This document shows, in pieces, positions 1 through 12,000 of a stretch of 64,000 nt of DNA (within the stretch, counting starts at the first letter, position 1; each line of letters begins with the position of its first letter). The notes under the pieces were generated by a model. The model made no database searches and was not told the DNA's origin. It saw nothing but the letters and a program-made list of their open reading frames with translations. A program made the position numbers and the translations under genes. The stretch comes from Utricularia gibba (lineage: Eukaryota; Plantae; Magnoliophyta), in contig NEEC01000029.1 in NCBI GenBank assembly GCA_002189035.1, forward strand, positions 1-64,000, written 5' to 3'.

Positions 1-3000
1 CTTAGGGTGTGTCCTACTCGAAGCCTCATGGTTTCCTCGCACACCGTTCGGCATCTCGTCGATATCCTGAAGACCGTGATGAGTCACGCTGCGCCCGGAA
101 TACCGTTTCGAAGCTCGTTCCGAGCCGGTCATCTTCCGTGTTTAAAGCTTCTTCGTCCGAGGATGCATCAGAGCTCGAATTATCGCCTTCTATTAGCCTT
201 CAGATGCGCCACAAAGTGGCCACACGTTCGCGACGATGCGACTTGTAACACCAGAATCGACGCGATTGTGATTTTCGGCTTGCAAAACATCTGCGTTTTT
301 TTGGTGATGTGAAATATGGGTTTTCGAGGCGATCTTGCACATGCTTAGGGTGTGTCCCTACCCGAAGCCTCATGGTTTCCTCGCACACGTTCGGCATCTC
401 GTCGATATCCTGAAGACCGTGATGAGTCACGCTGCGCCGGAATACCGTTTCGAAGCTCGTTCCGAGCCGGTCATCTTCCGTGTTGAAAGCTTCTTCGTCC
501 GAGGATGCATCAGAGCTCGAATTATCGCCTTCTATTAGCCTTCAGATGCGCCACAAAGTGGCCACCACGTTCGACGATGCGACTTGGAACACCAAAATCG
601 ACGCGATTGTGATTTTCGGCTTGCAAAACATCTGCGTTTTTTCGGGTGATGTGAAATATGGGTTTTCGAGGCGATCTTTGCACATGCTTAGGGTGTGTCC
701 TACTGAAGCCTCATGGTTTCCTCGCACACCGTTCGGCATCTCGTCGATATCCTGAAGACCGTGATGAGTCACGCTGCGCCCGGATACCGTTTCGAAGCTC
801 GTTCCGAGCCGGTCATCTTCCGTGTTTAAAGCTTCTTCGTCCGAGGATGCATCAGAGCTCGAATTATCGCCTTCTATTAGCCTTCAGATGCGCCACAAAG
901 TGGCCACCACGTTCGCGACGATGCGACTTGGAACACCAAATCGACGCGATTGTGATTTTCGGCTTGCAAAACATCTGCGTTTTTTCGGGTGATGTGAAAT
1001 ATGGGTTTTCGAGGCGATCTTTGCACATGCTTAGGGTGTGTCCTACTGAAGCCTCATGGTTTCCTCGCACACCGTTCGGCATCTCGTCGATATCCTGAAG
1101 ACCGTGATGAGTCACGCTGCGCCGGAATACCGAAGCTCGTTCCGAGCCGGTCATCTTCCGTTTTGAAGCTTCTTCGTCCGAGGATGCATCAGAGCTCGAA
1201 TTATCGCCTTATATTAGCCTTCAGATGTGCCACAAAGTGGCCACCACGTTCGCGACGATGCGACTTGGAACACCAAAATCGACGCGATTGAATTTTCGGC
1301 TTGCAAAACATCTGCGTTTTTTCGGGTGATGTGAAATATGGGTTTTCGAGGCGATCTTGCACATGCTTAGGGTGTGTCCTACCGAAGCCTCATGGTTTCC
1401 TCGCACACCGTTCGGCATCTCGTCGATATCCTGAAGACCGTGATGAGTCACGCTGCGCCCGGAATACCGTTTCGAAGCTCGTTCCGAGCCGGTCATCTTC
1501 CGTGTTGAAAGCTTCTTCGTCCAGGATGCATCAGAGCTCGAATTATCGCCTTCTATTAGCCTTCAGATGCGCCACAAAGTGGCCACCACGTTCGCACGAT
1601 GCGACTTGAACACAAATCGACGCGATTGTGATTTTCGGCTTGCAAAACATCTGCGTTTTTTCGGGTGATGTGAAATATGGGTTTTCGAGGCGATCTTTGC
1701 ACATGCTTAGGGTGTGTCCCTACGTGAAGCCTCATGGTTTCCTCGCACACCGTTCGGCATCTCGTCGATATCCTGAAGACCGTGATGAGTCACGCTGCGC
1801 CCGGAATACCGTTTCGAAGCTCGTTCCGAGCCGGTCATCTTCCGTGTTTAAAGCTTCTTCGTCCGAGGATGCATCAGAGCTCGAATTATCGCCTTCTATT
1901 AGCCTTCAGATGCGCCACAAAGTGGCCACCACGTTCGCGACGATGCGACTTGTAACACCAGAATCGACGCGATTGTGATTTTCGGCTTGCAAAACATCTG
2001 CGTTTTTTCGGGTGATGTGAAATATGGGTTTTCGAGGCGATCTTTGCACATGCTTAGGGTGTGTCCTACGAAGCCTCATGGTTTCCTCGCACACCGTTCG
2101 GCATCTCGTCGATATCCTGAAGACCGTGATGAGTCACGCTGCGCCCGGATACCGTTTCGAAGCTCGTTCCGAGCCGGTCATCTTCCGTGTTGAAAGCTTC
2201 TTCGTCCGAGGATGCATCAGAGCTCGAATTATCGCCTTCTATTAGCCTTCAGATGCGCCACAAAGTGGCCACCACGTTCGCGACGATGCGACTTGGAACA
2301 CCAGAATCGACGCGATTGTGATTTTCGGCTTGCAAAACATCTGCGTTTTTTCGGGTGATGTGAAATATGGGTTTTCGAGGCGATCTTTGCACATGCTTAG
2401 GGTGTGTCCTACCGAAGCCTCATGGTTTCCTCGCACACCGTTCGGCATCTCGTCGATATCCTGAAGACCGTGATGAGTCACGCGCCCGGAATACCGTTTC
2501 GAAGCTCGTTCCGAGCCGGTCATCTTCCGTGTTGAAAGCTTCTTCGTCCGAGGATGCATCAGAGCTCGAATTATCGCCTTCTATTAGCCTTCAGATGCGC
2601 CACAAAGTGGCCACACGTTCGCGACGACTTCACGACGCGATTGATTTTCGGCTTGCAAAACATCTGCGTTTTTTTCGGGTGATGTGAAATATGGGTTTTC
2701 GAGGCGATCTTTGCACATGCTTAGGGTGTGTCCTACGTGAAGCCTCATGGTTTCCTCGCACACCGTTCGGCATCTCGTCGATATCCTGAAGACCGTGATG
2801 AGTCACGCTGCGCCCGGCAATACCGTTTCGAAGCTCGTTCCGAGCCGGTCATCTTCCGTGTTTAAAGCTTCTTCGTCCGAGGATGCATCAGAGCTCGAAT
2901 TATCGCCTTCTATTAGCCTTCAGATGCGCCACAAAGTGGCCACCACGTTCGCGACGATGCGACTTGGAACACCAAATCGACGCGATTGTATTTTCGGCTT

Positions 3001-6000
3001 GCAAAACATCTGCGTTTTTCGGGTGATGTGAAATATGGGTTTTCGAGGCGATCTTGCACATGCTTAGGGTGTGTCCTACCCGAAGCCTCATGGTTTCCTC
3101 GCACACCGTTCGGCATCTCGTCGATATCCTGAAAGACCGTGATGAGTCACGCTGCGCCCGGAATACCGTTTCGAAGCTCGTTCCGAGCCGGTCATCTTCC
3201 GTGTTGAAAGCTTCTTCGTCCGGATGCATCAGAGCTCGAATTATCGCCTTCTATTAGCCTTCAGATGCGCACAAAGTGGCCACCACGTTCGCGACGATGC
3301 GACTTGAAACACCAAATCGACGCGATTGTGATTTTCGGCTTGCAAAACATCTGCGTTTTTTCGGGTGATGTGAAATATGGGTTTTCGAGGCGATCTTTGC
3401 ACATGCTTAGGGTGTGTCCTACTGAAGCCTCATGGTTTCCTCGCACACCGTTCGGCATCTCGTCGATATCCTGAAGACCGTGATGAGTCACGCTGCGCCC
3501 GGATACCGTTTCGAAGCTCGTTCCGCCGGTCATCTTCCGTGTTGAAAGCTTCTTCGTCCGAGGATGCATCAGAGCTCGAATTATCGCCTTCTATTAGCCT
3601 TCAGATGCCACAAGTGGCCACCACGTTCGCGACGATGCGACTTGGAACACCAAAATCGACGCGATTGTATTTTCGGCTTGCAAAACATCTGCGTTTTTTG
3701 GGTGATGTGAAATATGGGTTTTCGAGGCGATCTTTGCACATGCTTAGGGTGTGTCCTACCCGAAGCCTCATGGTTTCCTCGCACACCGTTCGGCATCTCG
3801 TCGATATCCTGAAACCGTGATGAGTCACGCTGCGCCCGGAATACCGTTTCGAAGCTCGTCCGGTCATCTTCCGTGTTGAAAGCTTCTTCGTCCAGGATGC
3901 ATCAGAGCTCGAATTATCGCCTTCTATTAGCCTTCAGATGCGCCACAAAGTGGCCACCACGTTCGCGACGATGCGACTTGGAACACCAAAATCGACGCGA
4001 TTGTGATTTTCGGCTTGCAAAACATCTGCGTTTTTTCGGGTGATGTGAAATATGGGTTTTCGAGCGATCTTTGCACATGCTTAGGGTGTGTCCTACGTGA
4101 AGCCTCATGGTTTCCTCGCACACCGTTCGGCATCTCGTCGATATCCTGAAGACCGTGATGAGTCACGCTGCGCCCGGCATACCGTTTCGAAGCTCGTTCC
4201 GAGCCGGTCATCTTCCGTGTTTAAAGCTTCTTCGTCCGAGGATGCATCAGAGCTCGAATTATCGCCTTCTATTAGCCTTCAGATGCGCCACAAAGTGGCC
4301 ACCACGTTCGCGACGATGCGACTTGTAACACCAAATCGACGCGATTGTGATTTTCGGCTTGCAAAACATCTGCGTTTTTTGGGTGATGTGAAATATGGGT
4401 TTTCGAGGCGATCTTGCACATGCTTAGGGTGTCTACCCGAAGCCTCATGGTTTCCTCGCACACCGTTCGGCATCTCGTCGATATCCTGAAGACCGTGATG
4501 AGTCACGCTGCGCCCGGAATACCGTTTCGAAGCTCGTTCCGAGCCGGTCATCTTCCGTGTTGAAAGCTCTTCGTCCGAGGATGCATCAGAGCTCGAATTA
4601 TCGCCTTCTATTAGCCTTCAGATGCGCCACAAAGTGGCCACCACGTTCGCGACGATGCGACTTGGAACACCAGAATCGACGCGATTGTGAATTTTCGGCT
4701 TGCAAAACATCTGCGTTTTTTCGGGTGATGTGAAATATGGGTTTTCGAGGCGATCTTTGCACATGCTTAGGGTGTGTCCTACTGAAGCCTCATGGTTTCC
4801 TCGCACACCGTTCGGCATCTCGTCGATATCCTGAAGACCGTGATGAGTCACGCTGCGCCCGGATACCGTTTCGAAGCTCGTTCCGAGCCGGTCATCTTCC
4901 GTGTTGAAAGCTTCTTCGTCCGAGGATGCATCAGAGCTCGAATTATCGCCTTCTATTAGCCTTCAGATGCGCCACAAAGTGGCCACCACGTTCGCGACGA
5001 TGCGACTTGTAACACCAAAATCGACGCGATTGTATTTTCGGCTTGCAAAACATCTGCGTTTTTTGGGTGATGTGAAATATGGGTTTTCGAGGCGATCTTT
5101 GCACATGCTTAGGGTGTGTCCTACCCGAAGCCTCATGGTTTCCTCGCACACCGTTCGGCATCTCGTCGATATCCTGAAGACCGTGATGAGTCACGCTGCG
5201 CCCGGAATACCGTTTCGAAGCTCGTTCCGAGCCGGTCATCTTCCGTGTTGAAAGCTTCTTCGTCCAGGATGCATCAGAGCTCGAATTATCGCCTTCTATT
5301 AGCCTTCAGATGCGCCACAAAGTGGCCACCACGTTCGCGACGATGCGACTTGGAACACCAAATCGACGCGATTGTGATTTTCGGCTTGCAAAACATCTGC
5401 GTTTTTTCGGGTGATGTGAAATATGGTTTTTCGAGGCGATCTTTGCACATGCTTAGGGTGTGTCCTACCGAAGCCTCATGGTTTCCTCGCACACCGTTCG
5501 GCATCTCGTCGATATCCTGAAGACCGTGATGAGTCACGCTGCGCCCGGCATACCGTTTCGAAGCTCGTTCCGAGCCGGTCATCTTCCGTGTTTAAAGCTT
5601 CTTCGTCCGAGGATGCATCAGAGCTCGAATTATCGCCTTCTATTAGCCTTCAGATGCGCCACAAAGTGGCCACCACGTTCGCGACGACGACTTGTAACAC
5701 CAGAATCGACGCGATTGTGATTTTCGGCTTGCAAAACATCTGCGTTTTTTGGGTGATGTGAAATATGGGTTTTCGAGGCGATCTTGCACATGCTTAGGGT
5801 GTGTCCCTACCCGAAGCCTCATGGTTTCCTCGCACACCGTTCGGCATCTCGTCGATATCCTGAAGACCGTGATGAGTCACGCTGCGCCCGGAATACCGTT
5901 TCGAAGCTCGTTCCGAGCCGGTCATCTTCCGTGTTGAAAGCTTCTTCGTCCAAGGATGCATCAGAGCTCGAATTATCGCCTTCTATTAGCCTTCAGATGC

Positions 6001-9000
6001 CACAAAGTGGCCACCACGTTCGCGACGATGCGACTTGGAACACCAGAATCGACGCGATTGTGATTTTCGGCTTGCAAAACATCTGCGTTTTTTCGGGTGA
6101 TGTGAAATATGGGTTTTCGAGGCGATCTTTGCACATGCTTAGGGTGTGTCCTACCCGAAGCCTCATGGTTTCCTCGCACACCGTTCGGCATCTCGTCGAT
6201 ATCCTGAAGACCGTGATGAGTCACGCTGCGCCCGGCATACCGTTTCGAAGCTCGTTCCGAGCCGGTCATCTTCCGTGTTTAAAGCTTCTTCGTCCGAGGA
6301 TGCATCAGAGCTCGAATTATCGCCTTCTATTAGCCTTCAGATGCGCCACAAAGTGCCACCACGTTCGCGACGATGCGACTTGTAACACCAAAATCGACGC
6401 GATTGTATTTTCGGCTTGCAAACATCTGCGTTTTTTGGGTGATGTGAAATATGGGTTTTCGAGGCGATCTTTGCACATGCTTAGGGTGTGTCCTACCCGA
6501 AGCCTCATGGTTTCCTCGCACACCGTTCGGCATCTCGTCGATATCCTGAAGACCGTGATGAGTCACGCTGCGCCCGGAATACCGTTTCGAAGCTCGTTCC
6601 GAGCCGGTCATCTTCCGTGTTGAAAGCTTCTTCGTCCGAGGATGCATCAGAGCTCGAATTATCGCCTTCTATTAGCCTTCAGATGCGCCACAAAGTGGCC
6701 ACCACGTTCGCAACGATGCGACTTGGAACACCAAAATCGACGCGATTGTGATTTTCGGCTTGCAAAACATCTGCGTTTTTTCGGGTGATGTGAAATATGG
6801 GTTTTCGAGGCGATCTTTGCACATGCTTAGGGTGTGTCCTACTGAAGCCTCATGGTTTCCTCGCACACCGTTCGGCATCTCGTCGATATCCTGAAGACCG
6901 TGATGAGTCACGCTGCGCCCGGATACCGTTTCGAAGCTCGTTCCGAGCCGGTCATCTTCCGTGTTGAAAGCTTCTTCGTCCGAGGATGCATCAGAGCTCG
7001 AATTATCGCCTTCTATTAGCCTTCAGATGCGCCACAAAGTGGCCACCACGTTCGCGACGATGCGACTTGTAACACCAGAATCGACGCGATTGTGATTTTC
7101 GGCTTGCAAAACATCTGCGTTTTTTCGGGTGATGTGAAATATGGGTTTTCGAGGCGATCTTTGCACATGCTTAGGGTGTGTCCTACCGAAGCCTCATGGT
7201 TTCCTCGCACACCGTTCGGCATCTCGTCGATATCCTGAAGACCGTGATGAGTCACGCTGCGCCCGGAATACCGTTTCGAAGCTCGTTCCGAGCCGGTCAT
7301 CTTCCGTGTTTAAAGCTTCTTCGTCCGAGGATGCATCAGAGCTCGAATTATCGCCTTCTATTAGCCTTCAGATGCGCCACAAAGTGGCCACCACGTTCGC
7401 GACGATGCGACTTGGAACACCAAAATCGACGCGATTGTGATTTTCGGCTTGCAAAACATCTGCGTTTTTTCGGGTGATGTGAAATATGGGTTTTCGAGGC
7501 GATCTTTGCACATGCTTAGGGTGTGTCCTACCCGAAGCCTCATGGTTTCCTCGCACACCGTTCGGCATCTCGTCGATATCCTGAAGACCGTGATGAGTCA
7601 CGCTGCGCCCGGATACCGTTTCGAAGCTCGTTCCGAGCCGGTCATCTTCCGTGTTTAAAGCTTCTTCGTCCGAGGATGCATCAGAGCTCGAATTATCGCC
7701 TTCTATTAGCCTTCAGATGCGCCACAAAGTGGCCACCACGTTCGCGACGATGCGACTTGGAACACCAAAATCGACGCGATTGATTTTCGGCTTGCAAAAC
7801 ATCTGCGTTTTTTGGGTGATGTGAAATATGGGTTTTCGAGGCGATCTTTGCACATGCTTAGGGTGTGTCCCTACCCGAAGCCTCATGGTTTCCTCGCACA
7901 CCGTTCGGCATCTCGTCGATATCCTGAAGACCGTGATGAGTCACGCTGCGCCCGGAATACCGTTTCGAAGCTCGTTCCGAGCCGGTCATCTTCCGTGTTG
8001 AAAGCTTCTTCGTCCGAGGATGCATCAGAGCTCGAATTATCGCCTTCTATTAGCCTTCAGATGCGCCACAAAGTGGCCACCACGTTCGCGACGATGCGAC
8101 TTGGAACACCAAATCGACGCGATTGTGATTTTCGGCTTGCAAAACATCTGCGTTTTTTCGGGTGATGTGAAATATGGGTTTTCGAGGCGATCTTTGCACA
8201 TGCTTAGGGTGTGTCCTACCGAAGCCTCATGGTTTCCTCGCACACCGTTCGGCATCTCGTCGATATCCTGAAGACCGTGATGAGTCACGCTGCGCCCGGA
8301 TACCGTTTCGAAGCTCGTTCCGAGCCGGTCATCTTCCGTGTTGAAAGCTTCTTCGTCCGAGGATGCATCAGAGCTCGAATTATCGCCTTCTATTAGCCTT
8401 CAGATGCGCCACAAAGTGGCCACCACGTTCGCGACGATGCGACTTGTAACACCAAGAATCGACGCGATTGTGATTTTCGGCTTGCAAAACATCTGCGTTT
8501 TTTCGGGTGATGTGAAATATGGGTTTTCGAGGCGATCTTTGCACATGCTTAGGGTGTGTCCTACCGAAGCCTCATGGTTTCCTCGCACACCGTTCGGCAT
8601 CTCGTCGATATCCTGAAGACCGTGATGAGTCACGCTGCGCCCGGAATACCGTTTCGAAGCTCGTTCCGAGCCGGTCATCTTCCGTGTTTAAAGCTTCTTC
8701 GTCCGAGGATGCATCAGAGCTCGAATTATCGCCTTCTATTAGCCTTCAGATGCGCCACAAAGTGGCCACCACGTTCGCGACGATGCGACTTGGAACACCA
8801 AATCGACGCGATTGTATTTTCGGCTTGCAAAACATCTGCGTTTTTTGGGTGATGTGAAATATGGGTTTTCGAGGCGATCTTTGCACATGCTTAGGGTGTG
8901 TCCTACCCGAAGCCTCATGGTTTCCTCGCACACCGTTCGGCATCTCGTCGATATCCTGAAGACCGTGATGAGTCACGCTGCGCCCGGAATACCGTTTCGA

Positions 9001-12000
9001 AGCTCGTTCCGAGCCGGTCATCTTCCGTGTTGAAAGCTTCTTCGTCCGAGGATGCATCAGAGCTCGAATTATCGCCTTCTATTAGCCTTCAGATGCGCCA
9101 CAAAGTGGCCACCACGTTCGCGACGATGCGACTTGGAACACCAAAATCGACGCGATTGTGATTTTCGGCTTGCAAAACATCTGCGTTTTTTCGGGTGATG
9201 TGAAATATGGGTTTTCGAGGCGATCTTTGCACATGCTTAGGGTGTGTCCCTACCGAAGCCTCATGGTTTCCTCGCACACCGTTCGGCATCTCGTCGATAT
9301 CCTGAAGACCGTGATGAGTCACGCTGCGCCCGGCATACCGTTTCGAAGCTCGTTCGAGCCGGTCATCTTCCGTGTTGAAAGCTTCTTCGTCCGAGGATGC
9401 ATCAGAGCTCGAATTATCGCCTTCTATTAGCCTTCAGATGCGCCACAAAGTGGCCACCACGTTCGCGACGATGCGACTTGAACACCAGAATCGACGCGAT
9501 TGTGATTTTCGGCTTGCAAAACATCTGCGTTTTTTCGGGTGATGTGAAATATGGGTTTTCGAGGCGATCTTTGCACATGCTTAGGGTGTGTCCTACGTGA
9601 AGCCTCATGGTTTCCTCGCACACCGTTCGGCATCTCGTCGATATCCTGAAGACCGTGATGAGTCACGCTGCGCCCGGATACCGTTTCGAAGCTCGTTCCG
9701 AGCCGGTCATCTTCCGTGTTGAAAGCTTCTTCGTCCGAGGATGCATCAGAGCTCGAATTATCGCCTTCTATTAGCCTTCAGATGCGCCACAAAGTGGCCA
9801 CCACGTTCGCGACGATGCGACTTGTAACACCAAATCGACGCGATTGTGATTTTCGGCTTGCAAAACATCTGCGTTTTTTTCGGGTGATGTGAAATATGGG
9901 TTTTCGAGGCGATCTTTGCACATGCTTAGGGTGTGTCCCTACCGAAGCCTCATGGTTTCCTCGCACACCGTTCGGCATCTCGTCGATATCCTGAAGACCG
10001 TGATGAGTCACGCTGCGCCCGGATACCGTTTCGAAGCTCGTTCCGAGCCGGTCATCTTCCGTGTTGAAAGCTTCTTCGTCCGAGGATGCATCAGAGCTCG
10101 AATTATCGCCTTCTATTAGCCTTCAGATGCGCCACAAAGTGGCCACCACGTTCGCGACGATGCGACTTGGAACACCAAATCGACGCGATTGTATTTTCGG
10201 CTTGCAAAACATCTGCGTTTTTTTGATGTGAAATATGGGTTTTCGAGGCGATCTTTGCACATGCTTAGGGTGTGTCTACCCGAAGCCTCATGGTTTCCTC
10301 GCACACCGTTCGGCATCTCGTCGATATCCTGAAGACCGTGATGAGTCACGCTGCGCCCGGAATACCGTTTCGAAGCTCGTTCCGAGCCGGTCATCTTCCG
10401 TGTTGAAAGCTTCTTCGTCCGAGGATGCATCAGAGCTCGAATTATCGCCTTCTATTAGCCTTCAGATGCGCCACAAAGTGGCCACCACGTTCGCGACGAT
10501 GCGACTTGGAACACCAGAATCGACGCGATTGTGATTTTCGGCTTGCAAAACATCTGCGTTTTTTCGGGTGATGTGAAATATGGGTTTTCGAGGCGATCTT
10601 TGCACATGCTTAGGGTGTGTCCCTACTGAAGCCTCATGGTTTCCTCGCACACGTTCGGCATCTCGTCGATATCCTGAAGACCGTGATGAGTCACGCTGCG
10701 CCCGGATACCGTTTCGAAGCTCGTTCCGAGCCGGTCATCTTCCGTGTTTAAAGCTTCTTCGTCCGAGGATGCATCAGAGCTCGAATTATCGCCTTCTATT
10801 AGCCTTCAGATGTGCCACAAAGTGGCCACCACGTTCGCGACGATGCGACTTGGAACACCAAATCGACGATTGTGATTTTCGGCTTGCAAACATCTGCGTT
10901 TTTTCGGGTGATGTGAAATATGGGTTTTCGAGGCGATCTTTGCACATGCTTAGGGTGTGTCCTACCCGAAGCCTCATGGTTTCCTCGCACACCGTTCGGC
11001 ATCTCGTCGATATCCTGAAGACCGTGATGAGTCACGCTGCCCCGGAATACCGTTTCGAAGCTCGTTCCGAGCCGGTCATCTTCCGTGTTTAAAGCTTCTT
11101 CGTCCGAGGATGCATCAGAGCTCGAATTATCGCCTTCTATTAGCCTTCAGATGCGCCACAAAGTGGCCACACGTTCGCGACGATGCGACTTGGAACACCA
11201 AAATCGACGCGATTGTGATTTTCGGCTTGCAAAACATCTGCGTTTTTTTGGGTGATGTGAAATATGGGTTTTCGAGGCGATCTTTGCACATGCTTAGGGT
11301 GTGTCCTACCCGAAGCCTCATGGTTTCCTCGCACACCGTTCGGCATCTCGTCGATATCCTGAAGACCGTGATGAGTCACGCTGCGCCCGGCATACGTTTC
11401 GAAGCTCGTTCGAGCCGGTCATCTTCCGTGTTGAAAGCTTCTTCGTCCGAGGATGCATCAGAGCTCGAATTATCGCCTTCTATTAGCCTTCAGATGCGCC
11501 ACAAAGTGGCCACCACGTTCGCGACGATGCGACTTGGAACACCAAATCGACGCGATTGTGATTTTCGGCTTGCAAAACATCTGCGTTTTTTGGGTGATGT
11601 GAAATATGGGTTTTCGAGGCGATCTTTGCACATGCTTAGGGTGTGTCCTACCGAAGCCTCATGGTTTCCTCGCACACCCGGCATCGTCGATATCCTGAAA
11701 GACCGTGATGAGTCACGCTGCGCCCGGAATACCGTTTCGAAGCTCGTTCCGAGCCGGTCATCTTCCGTGTTGAAAGCTTCTTCGTCCGGATGCATCAGAG
11801 CTCGAATTATCGCCTTCTATTAGCCTTCAGATGCGCCACAAAGTGGCCACCACGTTCGCGACGATGCGACTTGGAACACCAATCGACGCGATTGTGATTT
11901 TCGGCTTGCAAAACATCTGCGTTTTTTTCGGGTGATGTGAAATATGGGGTTTTCGAGGCGATCTTTGCACATGCTTAGGGTGTGTCCTACTGAAGCCTCA

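Noticed and set aside
94-113. CENP-B box-like motif around cccggaataccgtttcgaa
   Set aside because: The spacing does not fit the TTCG-N4-A-N2-CGGG core on either strand.
61-235. Apparent excess of palindromes (GATATC, TTCGAA, AAGCTT, ATGCAT, GAGCTC, TGGCCA, TCGCGA)
   Set aside because: About seven 6-bp palindromes per 345 bp is close to the roughly five expected by chance. They are useful only as restriction sites for a Southern ladder.
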